64,000 nt of DNA from a virus (lineage: Duplodnaviria > Caudoviricetes): positions 1 to 64,000 of IMG/VR virus record IMGVR_UViG_3300034420_000109. One strand, 5' to 3'. Under the pieces are notes generated by a model. It made no database searches and was not told the origin of the DNA. It saw only the letters and a list, made by a program, of their open reading frames with translations. The position numbers and the translations under genes were made by a program. Each line of letters opens with the position of its first letter. Position 1 is the stretch's first letter. This document shows, piece after piece, positions 1 to 8,090 of this stretch.

Positions 1-86
1 GGGGCCGGGCCTTCGTCGGCCACGAGGATGGGGATCAGCACGGGATCGCCCACGATCTCCATCATGTGATACCGACGGCCGCTCAT
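1..86 (-). CDS. Hypothetical protein, truncated by the window start (MSGRRYHMMEIVGDPVL...)
   Basis: ATG at 86-84 overlaps the TGA of the upstream gene (ATGA coupling). Confidence 0.4.
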   Translation of the reverse strand, partial: MSGRRYHMMEIVGDPVLIPILVADEGPA

Positions 87-190
87 GATTTCAGGGCTCC
101 CAGCTGGTAGAGGAGGAGGACGGCGCCCAAGAGAAGGACGGCATACATGCACAGGACGAGGGTCACGGGCTGGAGGCGGTGGGGGCGCAT
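83..190 (-). CDS. Small membrane protein (35 aa)
   Basis: MRPHRLQPVTLVLCMYAVLLLGAVLLLYQLGALKS; one hydrophobic segment; start and stop coupled to both neighbours. Confidence 0.5.
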   Translation of the reverse strand: MRPHRLQPVTLVLCMYAVLLLGAVLLLYQLGALKS

Positions 191-543
191 CACCGGGCCA
201 CCGGCAGGAACTCGGACAGCTTGAACCGACCACAGCGGGGGCACGGAATGTCGTGGGTGACCATCTGGCTCAAGGCCTCTTTCAACTCCAGGTAGCCGCA
301 CTCTGGGCAGGCCATGGGGCGAACCTTCTCCGCCATCGCCTCGCACTTCTGGCACCGGGCAGAGAGGGGCACCGTGGGATGGCCGTCCGGGAAGGACCCG
401 GTGTAGGCGAATGGGCGGGTGCCACAGGCAGCGAAGACCACTAAAGGGCCAAGGAAAGAGTAGGACGCCTCGAGGTGGAAGAGGCCCTGGTCGCGGGCCC
501 GGGTGGTCGTGCCGATCCAGGAGAGGGGCGTGTTGGGCTTCAT
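190..543 (-). CDS. Zn-ribbon hypothetical protein (117 aa)
   Basis: Start reassigned to MKPNTPL (ATGA overlap); CQKC, CPEC and CPRC motifs. Confidence 0.65.
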   Translation of the reverse strand: MKPNTPLSWIGTTTRARDQGLFHLEASYSFLGPLVVFAACGTRPFAYTGSFPDGHPTVPLSARCQKCEAMAEKVRPMACPECGYLELKEALSQMVTHDIPCPRCGRFKLSEFLPVAR

Positions 544-785
544 GCGTCCGCCACATAGGCCAATTCCAGCACCAGCTGGATCGCGCGGGGGTTGGGGGAT
601 TCGGCGAGGGAGGGCCGAACAGCGAACATGCCGCTTTTCAGGTAGGCGGCCACGATCTCGAGGGCGGCGGCCACGGCCTCGGGTGACTCGGCATCCCGGA
701 CCTTTCGCATGGCCTCCGAAAGGGAGAGGGCGGTGAACGGCGAGACGGCCAGGGGCGCGGCGGGCTTCAGAAATGCGCGGCTCAC
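540..785 (-). CDS. Hypothetical protein
   Basis: Protein-like ORF coupled to both neighbours. Confidence 0.6.
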   Translation of the reverse strand: MSRAFLKPAAPLAVSPFTALSLSEAMRKVRDAESPEAVAAALEIVAAYLKSGMFAVRPSLAESPNPRAIQLVLELAYVADA

Positions 786-1249
786 CGTCGCACCAGCCAG
801 CCAAAGACTGCCTCGAAGTCCTGCGCCACCTGCTCGGGGGGCCGGGCGTCGTCGTTGGGCTTGAAGGTGATGCCGTCGCCCTCGGGGAAACAGCTGGCCC
901 AGTAGCCGAGGGCCCGGAGTTCATCCATCTTCGATCCGCCAGGGGAGGCGACACCGCGCGATCCTCCGCTGGCGAACACCACGGGGTGATGGTCGGGGAA
1001 CACGCCGCCGCGCATCGGGACGGGCCGGATGCCGCCCGGGATATCCGACCACAGGACGTTCCAGTAGCTCTGGCCCGGGGTGCCGATCCGAAGGGCGACC
1101 TTCAGGCGCCTGCGGCCAACCCCCGCGCAGGACGGGCAGGACACGGGCGTGGAATCAGCAGCGCCGCCCGGGGAGGGGGGCGCTGGCACCTTGCCCGCAC
1201 CGCCACAAGAGGTGCAGAGAGGGATGACAGGCGGGTGGGCAGCAGGCAT
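782..1249 (-). CDS. Hypothetical protein with DnaJ-type CxxCxGxG zinc motifs
   Basis: CTSCGGAG and CPSCAGVG. Confidence 0.7.
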   Translation of the reverse strand: MPAAHPPVIPLCTSCGGAGKVPAPPSPGGAADSTPVSCPSCAGVGRRRLKVALRIGTPGQSYWNVLWSDIPGGIRPVPMRGGVFPDHHPVVFASGGSRGVASPGGSKMDELRALGYWASCFPEGDGITFKPNDDARPPEQVAQDFEAVFGWLVRR

Positions 1250-1303
1250 GAGGTCCTCGCGGGAGACAGGTCAATGTAGCGCAACGCGGCGCGATAGCAA
1301 GAC

Positions 1304-1531
1304 TCAGGAGCCCGGGGCGTCGTTCACCGGGGAGCAGCGGTCCAACAGGAAGCAACCCGAGGCCCCGTTCAACCAGACGACAGCGGTATGCCCGCCCAGC
1401 ACTTCGGCCTCCGAACGCGTGGTGGTGAGGAAGTCCGTGCCGTCGTCCCTGGTGACGTGGACGGCCGTGCCCGGGCGATGGCGGAGGTTCCAGGCGGCGG
1501 CTTCGGCCTGGGGGGTGAGGGCAGCGGTCAT
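1304..1531 (-). CDS. Phage hypothetical protein (75 aa)
   Basis: WN..H.PGT.V...DDG...T.TRS.A.VLGGHTAVVWL pattern typical of small phage proteins; ATGA coupling. Confidence 0.7.
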   Translation of the reverse strand: MTAALTPQAEAAAWNLRHRPGTAVHVTRDDGTDFLTTTRSEAEVLGGHTAVVWLNGASGCFLLDRCSPVNDAPGS

Positions 1532-1737
1532 GGCTTCTTGCCTTTCAAGGGTGGAGGGGGCGGGGGAGGGGTGATGGTGTTATCGAACCGGCGGCAACGG
1601 GCGCACCACCAACCGCGCGCCTGGGGCCCAAGGCCAGGGATATGAAGATCCGCGCCCTCCATCCTCCCCCTGCAGACACTGCAGGTGGGCAAGGGAGGCA
1701 GGGCGTCGAACCCGAAGAAGGGGCCAGGGAGCATCAC
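1528..1737 (-). CDS. Small Zn-finger protein
   Basis: CSVC...CARC; coupled start and stop. Confidence 0.6.
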   Translation of the reverse strand: MMLPGPFFGFDALPPLPTCSVCRGRMEGADLHIPGLGPQARGWWCARCRRFDNTITPPPPPPPLKGKKP

Positions 1738-1982
1738 GGCCCGGGCTCCTCGATCAAGGGATGCCCCAGGCAGCCCACCTTCGGGTCGAAATTGTCACAC
1801 TCGTTCCCGATCCGGATGAACTCGGCGCCGTCGGACAGCTGGTCCAGCAGCAGGTCCCGCGCCTCGGCGGGCGAGGCGAAGTTCCGGCCGACCTTGAAAA
1901 GGTGCTTCAGCTGGGAGTCCCTCCAGTGCAGGGCATCGCGCACCGAGAGGGAGACATGGACGGTGGTCGAGAGCTTACCCAT
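1734..1982 (-). CDS. Hypothetical protein (82 aa)
   Basis: Start reassigned to MGKLSTT; ends GNECDNFDPKVGCLGH. Confidence 0.65.
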   Translation of the reverse strand: MGKLSTTVHVSLSVRDALHWRDSQLKHLFKVGRNFASPAEARDLLLDQLSDGAEFIRIGNECDNFDPKVGCLGHPLIEEPGP

Positions 1983-2466
1983 GGTGGCCCCCGGCCCCCA
2001 GCTGCTCCCGCAGGTGGTCGGCGTCGGCCCGGGCCAGCCGCAGCTGCTCCTCGGCGCACTCCTGCGCCAGGATGGCCTCCCGGAGTTCGTCGCGCAGGAT
2101 GGACAAGCCATCGGGACTGATGGGAGCGGCATGGAGCACCGTGTCCTGCAGACCCATGATGCGGCCGACCCAGGCGCCGTAGGATATGGGCGCAGCCAGG
2201 GCCTCGGGGATGGGAACCCAGGGGGCGATGGCATCCCGCAGCGTGGCGGCCTGGATCTTGAGGGGAGCGCCAGCATCGCCATCCTCCTCGATGCGGTCCA
2301 GGAAGCAGGCGGTCAGCACCACGAGGTCCAGCAGCTGGTGGGCCGCCTTCGCATCGCGGAGGAAGGGGACGGGGTCGGCCACCACATGCGCGGCGGCGCA
2401 GACTTCAGCGAGGCCATTTGTGAGCCAGCGGGGATCGGTTTCGAGGGTGCGGGCAGGATTCGGCAC
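1975..2466 (-). CDS. Hypothetical protein with C-terminal coiled coil
   Basis: GCAAAGGAG RBS before GTG; helical, protein-like composition. Confidence 0.65.
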   Translation of the reverse strand: MPNPARTLETDPRWLTNGLAEVCAAAHVVADPVPFLRDAKAAHQLLDLVVLTACFLDRIEEDGDAGAPLKIQAATLRDAIAPWVPIPEALAAPISYGAWVGRIMGLQDTVLHAAPISPDGLSILRDELREAILAQECAEEQLRLARADADHLREQLGAGGHHG

Positions 2467-2483
2467 GAGGGCTCCTTTGCGGG

Positions 2484-3821
2484 TTAGAAGATGCTGGGTT
2501 GCTGGGCGGTCTCGCGGTGCAAGGGCTTGAAGCGAAGGCAGGGCCAGGCCACATCCATGATGCGTTCGGCCACGGTCTCACCATCGCGGTTCTTGGGGAG
2601 CGTGATACAGGGGTCGCCGTTCTTGTTGCGGTAGACCATCGGCACCCCCGAGGCGTCCTGCTCCAGCTGGGACGTTTCCTTGAGGTCCGTGAGCCCCGGG
2701 CGCTTCCCGTCGTTCTCGCGGTTCAGCTGGGAGAGCAGGAGGATATGAATCTTGAGGTCCTGGGCGCACCGCTTCAGGGCCATCGAGTTAGCACCGTAGG
2801 CGGAGGCCAGGGTGTCGCCCTTCTCGCGCGAGATGCCGATATATTGGAAATAATCAACCACCGCCAGCTTGATCCCGCGGGAATGAACCAGTTCCGTGAT
2901 GTAGGCGATCAGCTTCCCGATGGGGATGCCCGAGGAATGGTGCCAGGAGTGGGCCAGCTGCATCGCTGGCAGCTGCTCCCGCAAAGCGTCCATCGCGCGC
3001 CGGGCGTCGTAACGGCCGCGGAGCAGGTCCTTGTAGGCGTAGACCCGGTTCTGGGAGGGATCCGAGAGCCACCACGCGGCATCCCGCGCATCAAGTTCCG
3101 GCTTCGACATTTCGAGGCTGAAGAACCCCGCCGGGATCCCCGCCAGAGCCGTGAGGTTCCGGGCCTGCACGCCAAGGCCGGTCTTCCCGGCGCCCGGGCG
3201 GCCACCCAGCACGGTGACGTTCTCCGGGGTCATGATGAGCAGATCGTCCAGCCAGTCCAGGCCGAAATAGCACAGCTTGTCCGCAGACTCCCCAGCCCGG
3301 AAGCCAGCCCCCGTCTGCAGGGTTTCGGTCATGGAGTCCGAAGACCAGAACCGGGAGGCGGTGGAGGAAATCCCCTTCGAGACGGCCAGGAACGCGGTGT
3401 TTGCCCGGGTCGTCACCTCGTCGGCGGGGAGCGAATAGTCCGCGGCTGCCGCCATGACCTCGCGGCCCGATTGGAAGGCCACGCGGCGGCTCGCAAACTC
3501 GATCACGCGGTCGGCCAAGGGGCCCGGGGAATAGTCGGCGCCGGACTGCAGCAGCGAGAAGATCCCGGCCTGCTGTTCGGCGTTGGGGTGCCCTTTGAAC
3601 ACGGCCCAGGCCAGAAGCATCTCCGAAGGCTCCTTCCCGTCGGTGACGAGGGAGCGCATCGCGGCCCAAACCTTTCGATGCTCCGAAACGAAGAAGGCCT
3701 CGGGCGGAACGTCCCACAGGATCTGTCGAGCCTCGGTGTCGTTCAGCACCAGGCCGGACCAGGTGGATCCAAGCAGGTGGGCCTCGGCGTCGGCATCAAC
3801 GGGCAGGGTCAGGGTTGTCAC
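2484..3821 (-). CDS. dnaB: Replicative DnaB-family helicase
   Basis: Walker A GGRPGAGKT, FFSLEM, Walker B VVDY, LLSQLNR..RP.LTDLKETSQLEQDA; GTG start at 3821 preceded by GCAAAGG. Confidence 0.93.
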   Translation of the reverse strand: MTTLTLPVDADAEAHLLGSTWSGLVLNDTEARQILWDVPPEAFFVSEHRKVWAAMRSLVTDGKEPSEMLLAWAVFKGHPNAEQQAGIFSLLQSGADYSPGPLADRVIEFASRRVAFQSGREVMAAAADYSLPADEVTTRANTAFLAVSKGISSTASRFWSSDSMTETLQTGAGFRAGESADKLCYFGLDWLDDLLIMTPENVTVLGGRPGAGKTGLGVQARNLTALAGIPAGFFSLEMSKPELDARDAAWWLSDPSQNRVYAYKDLLRGRYDARRAMDALREQLPAMQLAHSWHHSSGIPIGKLIAYITELVHSRGIKLAVVDYFQYIGISREKGDTLASAYGANSMALKRCAQDLKIHILLLSQLNRENDGKRPGLTDLKETSQLEQDASGVPMVYRNKNGDPCITLPKNRDGETVAERIMDVAWPCLRFKPLHRETAQQPSIF

Positions 3822-4001
3822 GGGGCGGCCTTTGCGGGGGGGGTGCCTGTCGAGCGGCGCAGGGCCGGGCGGGCGGGGTTGGTGGATCGAGGAGCACTTC
3901 CTGGGGGCAGGCCTGGATGCTTTCTCCGCTGCCATCCAGGGCTCGTTCGGCGGGGAGAGACAGCTTCCCTCCCCGGGCCGAGCGGCGCAAGGCCGAAGTT
4001 T

Positions 4002-5075
4002 TCACGAATCCTGGGTGGGGGGCAGCGGGAGGCCAGCGTCAGCCAGCAGGGCCGGGGAAACCGAGGGGAGGCTGGGGCCCGGGGATAGGGCGGCGCCACC
4101 GGCCGCGCGGCGCGCGTCGGCCCGGGAGAGCACCGCCGAGGCCCCGGCAAGATAGCCCTGGAACGTCGCCTTGGATTTCTTGGACAGCGGATCCCCGAAG
4201 AACACGTCCAACCCCTGGACGTAGCCGCGCTGCACGTTCTCGTCGTGCTCGAGGTAGAGATGCAGGCAGGCCGCGAGAAGGCGGGGGTTGTGGCCAGACC
4301 TCACACGAGCCAGGAAGGCCTCGGCCCAGGGCTTCGGCCGGGCACCAGCAACCCCGCCCTTCTCGCGGAGGCTGGCGGACATGCGCTCGACGTGATCCGA
4401 ACGCAGAGAGACCGCCTTCTCGAACCACTCGAGGTGCTCCGGGTTGGCGAACAGGTCCCGGTAGGACGGCGGGGTGGACGGCGGGACCTTCTCCCGGGGG
4501 GTGCGGGCCGGGCGCTTCGTGGGCGCCGGTTCTGGCACGAGCGGTGCTACGCGCGCACACGGGGTAGGTACTTCTTTACCTAAAAGATTCTCTACACCAG
4601 TCATGGAGGTAGGGGGTGTGGGGGAAGGAACCAAGGGCGAACTGATGCCTGGAGAAGAAGGGGGAACCGCATGACTTGAAAGCCGGTTGCTGCGTTCGCT
4701 GTGCGCTGGCTGTGCGCTGGCTGTGCGTTCGCAGGAGTGCCCAGCCTTGTCGTGACGAGCGCGGGCGGCGACGGAGGCGGCCCGGCTTCGGCGGTTCCTC
4801 GCCTCCATCCCGGCTTCGAGGGCAGGGACCTCAATCGACCCGCCGGAGTAGCGGAGGAAGGGGGCGATCTCCGCCCAGTGTCGCAGGACCTCGGCCTCCT
4901 CCAGGAGGGCCAGCCTCGAGGCCGCTGAGGGGTCGTCGGGGATCGGGCCCCGCGTGGCGAAGGCAACCCACAGCGAGGCCAGGACGCCCCGCGCTTCCGC
5001 CCCCATGCCCCACCAGTGGCGGTCGGCAGCCAGGGCGGCAGCATCGAGGGAGAGGGGGGCAGCGGACAGGGTCAC
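4002..5075 (-). CDS. Replication initiator (lambda O / YdaU-DUF1376-like N-terminus)
   Basis: N-terminal M..EARGVL..LW....GPIPDD helical domain, low-complexity linker carrying DNA repeats, C-terminal helical domain; directly upstream of dnaB. Confidence 0.68.
   Translation of the reverse strand: MTLSAAPLSLDAAALAADRHWWGMGAEARGVLASLWVAFATRGPIPDDPSAASRLALLEEAEVLRHWAEIAPFLRYSGGSIEVPALEAGMEARNRRSRAASVAARARHDKAGHSCERTASAQPAHSERSNRLSSHAVPPSSPGISSPLVPSPTPPTSMTGVENLLGKEVPTPCARVAPLVPEPAPTKRPARTPREKVPPSTPPSYRDLFANPEHLEWFEKAVSLRSDHVERMSASLREKGGVAGARPKPWAEAFLARVRSGHNPRLLAACLHLYLEHDENVQRGYVQGLDVFFGDPLSKKSKATFQGYLAGASAVLSRADARRAAGGAALSPGPSLPSVSPALLADAGLPLPPTQDS
4689..4730. repeat. Iteron-like tandem repeats inside the initiator gene (putative origin)
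   Basis: GCTGTGCGCTG at 4698 and 4709, GCTGTGCGTTC at 4720, partial GCTGCGTTC at 4689; AT-richer tract at about 4566-4600. Confidence 0.55.
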
Positions 5076-5377
5076 TGGCGAACTCCAGGGGCAGGGTGGG
5101 TCCCGAGGCCCAGCACCAGGATGGAGCAGACGATGCGCGGGTCGAGCAGGGCGTCGAGCTTGACCCGGTGGACACGGCAGAGCCCGGCGAGCGAGAGCAC
5201 ATCATCGCGGGTCCAGGGGATGGTGCCAGCGATGCGGCCCGAGAGGCTGGTCTTGGACTTCAGGCCCATGTGGATGCGAAGGAGAGAGGACCCCCCGCAG
5301 GCATCCGCCAGGGCCAGCCAAGGGGCGGGCCAGAGCGGTGGGCGGCCAGACGGGCGGCCAGAGAGATCGGTGGACAT
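5072..5377 (-). CDS. Putative HTH (Cro-like) regulator
   Basis: GRPPLWP..W.ALADACGG..LL...GL.SKTSL..RI helical pattern; resembles 58432..58830. Confidence 0.5.
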   Translation of the reverse strand: MSTDLSGRPSGRPPLWPAPWLALADACGGSSLLRIHMGLKSKTSLSGRIAGTIPWTRDDVLSLAGLCRVHRVKLDALLDPRIVCSILVLGLGTHPAPGVRQ

Positions 5378-5383
5378 GGGGCC

Positions 5384-5650
5384 TCAGAAGGGAATGGGGG
5401 TGAACGTGCAGCGGCACCGGCAGCAGATCTCGACCTTGGTGGGACCGAACTCGGTGGTGAAGGAACGGGAGGGCGACGGGCGCCAGTCGTGGCTGTAGTT
5501 GAAACCGCGCTTGTCGCAGCACTTCAATGCCTGCTTGGCATACCGGCGGCGCCACTTTTTCATCCGCCGGGCCGTGATCTTAACGCGGGGCCGGTCGAAC
5601 CAGGCGACGATGTGGTCTCCGGTGGGGGTGAGGGGGTGCAGCGGCCTCAC
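5384..5650 (-). CDS. Basic, Cys-rich hypothetical protein (88 aa)
   Basis: GTGA coupling at 5647-5650; CC...H...CCRC. Confidence 0.55.
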   Translation of the reverse strand: MRPLHPLTPTGDHIVAWFDRPRVKITARRMKKWRRRYAKQALKCCDKRGFNYSHDWRPSPSRSFTTEFGPTKVEICCRCRCTFTPIPF

Positions 5651-5778
5651 GAGCGGAACCAGCGGAGTGCAGCGTCGAGCAGGCGGTCGCGCAGGTGGCG
5701 CACGTCCGCGAAAAGGATCCGCGGGAGCCGGGTGGGCTTGCGGCGGTCGAGGTCGGCGAGGGACACGAGGGACTCCAT
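5647..5778 (-). CDS. Hypothetical protein (43 aa)
   Basis: MESLVSLADLDRRK...; TGATG overlap with the upstream gene. Confidence 0.5.
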   Translation of the reverse strand: MESLVSLADLDRRKPTRLPRILFADVRHLRDRLLDAALRWFRS

Positions 5779-5912
5779 CAACGGGGGGAGGGGACAAGGC
5801 CGACGTGCTCGGCCGTGCAAGAGAGGGCATCGGGGCCCAGCGCGATGATGGCCACCGCGATGGCGCCCAGCACGACCCAGAGGAAGACCTGGCAAGCCCG
5901 GCCGCGCTTCAC
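5778..5912 (-). CDS. Small membrane protein (44 aa; absent from the ORF track)
   Basis: VKRGRACQVFLWVVLGAIAVAIIALGPDALSC...; GTGA coupling. Confidence 0.55.
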   Translation of the reverse strand: MKRGRACQVFLWVVLGAIAVAIIALGPDALSCTAEHVGLVPSPR

Positions 5913-6316
5913 TTCGGCGCCGTCAGCAGGTCAAGGATCTGGTTCAGGCTGTTCTGCAGGCCGTCCACCTTCGTGGCCAGACCGATGAGGCGAGAGTCGA
6001 TCCCGGCGAGCCGGAGGAGGTCGGCGGCCTCGGGGGAGAGCGGGGCCTGGGCGGGCGGGACCTCGGGAATGGCCAAGGGGGTGCCCTTCGCGTCGGGGCG
6101 CCGGTAGAACCCGCGGTGCGGCCTCTCCAGGAACCCCTCTTCAACCATCCGCATCGCCACCCCCATGAGGGCAGAGCCGGAGACGTCCAGGCCAGCCTTC
6201 ATGCAGCGGCCCTGGATCTCGCGCGCGGACAATTCGGTGCCCGCCGTGGTGAAAAGGGATTCCAGGAACGGGCGCGCGGCCTGCGATGCCTGGGCGTTGC
6301 GGTGGATGAGGGCCAT
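5909..6316 (-). CDS. Winged-helix DNA-binding protein with C-terminal coiled coil
   Basis: LSAREIQ...GLDVSGSAL...MRMVEEGFLERPHRGFY; GCAAAGGAG RBS. Confidence 0.65.
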   Translation of the reverse strand: MALIHRNAQASQAARPFLESLFTTAGTELSAREIQGRCMKAGLDVSGSALMGVAMRMVEEGFLERPHRGFYRRPDAKGTPLAIPEVPPAQAPLSPEAADLLRLAGIDSRLIGLATKVDGLQNSLNQILDLLTAPK

Positions 6317-6345
6317 AGGGCCTCCTTTGCGGTGGGTAGTGGGGG

Positions 6346-6549
6346 TTATTCGCAGACGGAGATGAGGGTCTGGAGCAGGTGGTCGTAGTCGCCAGCCTGG
6401 CACTCGGCCATCACGGCATCGATCTCGTCCTTGGTCCAGTCCTCCCGGCGCGCCTGCCGCTGGAAGGCACCCAGGAGAGCGAAGGCGTTGCCATTGAGGG
6501 AGAGGAGGTCAAGCGTGACCTTCTTGGATGGGAGAGCGTGGGCGGCCAT
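6346..6549 (-). CDS. Phage hypothetical protein (GNAF..LG family)
   Basis: LNGNAFALLG.FQRQARREDW..DEI..V..E..AGDYDHLL. Confidence 0.75.
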   Translation of the reverse strand: MAAHALPSKKVTLDLLSLNGNAFALLGAFQRQARREDWTKDEIDAVMAECQAGDYDHLLQTLISVCE

Positions 6550-6555
6550 GGGACC

Positions 6556-6822
6556 TCAGCGGGGGAGAAGGGTGGAAGGATCGAGGGGGAGGAAGTCGGC
6601 GTAGATGACGGGGGTGCAGCCAGTGGGCGCGGGGACCTCGCGCACGGTGATCTGCCACATGGCGGAGCACCCGCTGCAGGCCCGGCGATCCACAGAGGTC
6701 GGGGGCCCAGGGACCCAGGAGCGGGGACGGGGGCGGAGCAGCACCAGCCGGTGTCCGCAGTCGGGGCAGAGGCTAACGACGAGGGTGCCGGAAAGCGTGG
6801 CCAGCGTTTCGAGGCGGGCCAT
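6556..6822 (-). CDS. Zn-ribbon protein
   Basis: CPDC...CSGC; start reassigned to MARLETL. Confidence 0.6.
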   Translation of the reverse strand: MARLETLATLSGTLVVSLCPDCGHRLVLLRPRPRSWVPGPPTSVDRRACSGCSAMWQITVREVPAPTGCTPVIYADFLPLDPSTLLPR

Positions 6823-7082
6823 CACTTCACCACCAGAGCGCGCAGGGACTCGAGGTTGGTGGCAAGCTCGCGCTTGCCGCAACGGGCGAGGTTGATGACG
6901 GACTGGGTCGGGAAGAAGATGCCCGGAACGACGGAACCGTCCACCAGGAGCACCTCTTCGTTGGAGGGAAGGCGCACGGCCTGGACGTCCGCGGTCTCGA
7001 GCCACGCCAAGAGGGTGCCGATGACCGGGGTCAGGTTCGCGGGGTAGCGGCGGACGATGGAGATGGCGGTGGAGGCGGTCAT
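6822..7082 (-). CDS. Hypothetical protein
   Basis: First gene after the 7127-7155 promoter; GCAAAGG RBS. Confidence 0.65.
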   Translation of the reverse strand: MTASTAISIVRRYPANLTPVIGTLLAWLETADVQAVRLPSNEEVLLVDGSVVPGIFFPTQSVINLARCGKRELATNLESLRALVVK

Positions 7083-7126
7083 GGCTGGCCCTTTGCGGAG
7101 GAGCCGGGGATCTTCCCGACAGACTC

Positions 7127-7155
7127 AGATTAGGCCATCCAGTAGCCTAATTCAA
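7127..7155 (-). promoter_or_regulatory. Sigma70-type promoter with a palindrome in its spacer
   Basis: TTGAAT-N17-TAATCT on the minus strand, T-rich upstream tract, inverted repeat ATTAGGC-N9-GCCTAAT at 7129-7151. Confidence 0.6.
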
Positions 7156-7174
7156 GGGCTGAAACAAAAAAAAT

Positions 7175-7705
7175 TCACCGAAATGAAAGTTTGTGGTCCG
7201 CCAGGGCCGGGGCCAGGATCTGCAGGGCGTCGTCTACGCTCCAGGCCACACCCACCAGCGCTCCGCGGGCGTGCATACGGTCCAGGAAATTCAGCTGGTC
7301 GGCGGAGGGCCTGCCCGCGGGGGTGATGATGGTTCCCCGCTGAGGGTCGAGCCGGGCCGGGCTCTTGCACTCGATGTAGAAGGCGCGGCCGGAGGGGGCA
7401 AGGCAGCCATTCAGGTCCGACCAACCCACAGGGGCGGCGGCGATATCCTTCAGGGCAGCCATGACGGCCTGGATCACGCTGTCGGCCACTCGTAGGCGCT
7501 TGAGGGCGCTGTAGACCTTCCCCCGGATCGCGGAGAACCCAGCGTCGATGACGGCAGCCTCGACGCGGAAGTAGCCGAGCGCCCGGCGAATGTCGTCTTG
7601 GACCTTGGCCTCGGGCACGTCACCGAAGAGGTAGGCCCGCTTGTAGCGCGAGGCGTCCCACTGGTGCAGGTAGGGCCGGTCAGGGGGTGAGGGCTCCAAT
7701 TGCAT
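7175..7705 (-). CDS. VRR-NUC domain nuclease (PD-(D/E)XK)
   Basis: GWSDL..C...GRAFYIECK...GRPSADQLNFL..M...GALVGVAWSVDDA. Confidence 0.85.
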   Translation of the reverse strand: MQLEPSPPDRPYLHQWDASRYKRAYLFGDVPEAKVQDDIRRALGYFRVEAAVIDAGFSAIRGKVYSALKRLRVADSVIQAVMAALKDIAAAPVGWSDLNGCLAPSGRAFYIECKSPARLDPQRGTIITPAGRPSADQLNFLDRMHARGALVGVAWSVDDALQILAPALADHKLSFR

Positions 7706-8090
7706 GAATCCACCTCGAGCGGGGCTCGTAGCCCACGACCTCCAGGGTGACTGGCTGGGGCCCGTCCGGCAATACGCCAAGACGCCGAAAAAGGACCGGG
7801 CTGAGTTCGACGCCCAGCCGCCGGTCCACGAGCAGGTTGTCGAGCACGATGCCCCGCACGGCCCGGCCGCCGAACCGAGCCTCAACGATGGTCCCGAGGG
7901 GAAGGGTTCGGTGGGCAACGGCCGGGAGGATGGTGGCGAAGGCGATCCCAGAGGTCATCACGGCGCCATTCGAGGAAGCACCCCTGGCACCCGCAAGGCA
8001 GGCCTCGATGCGGGGACAAGGGAGCACCGCAACGCCAGGGGATGGGTGGGGGATGGCGCAGAGAAAGAGGGTCAGGATGCGCTGGAACAC
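7680..8090 (-). CDS. RlpA-like double-psi beta-barrel protein with signal peptide
   Basis: Hydrophobic N-terminus; AHRTLPLGTIVE..FGGRAVRGIVLD...RLGVELSP.LFRRLG. Confidence 0.65.
   Translation of the reverse strand: MFQRILTLFLCAIPHPSPGVAVLPCPRIEACLAGARGASSNGAVMTSGIAFATILPAVAHRTLPLGTIVEARFGGRAVRGIVLDNLLVDRRLGVELSPVLFRRLGVLPDGPQPVTLEVVGYEPRSRWIHAIGALTP

Noticed and set aside
3796-4005. 69-aa ORF between the initiator and dnaB, and the longer dnaB start at 3935
   Set aside because: The sequence is low-complexity, and the GCAAAGG RBS supports GTG 3821. The small ORF is possible (GTGA overlap) but unsupported.
2499-4088. Long antisense ORFs (e.g. 2499..4088, 9450..10784, 11918..13645, 22029..23579, 34072..35691, 39242..41179, 44618..47014, 48362..50032, 53359..54753)
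   Set aside because: They mirror well-supported genes on the other strand. GC-rich codon bias leaves few stops, and the products have no motifs.
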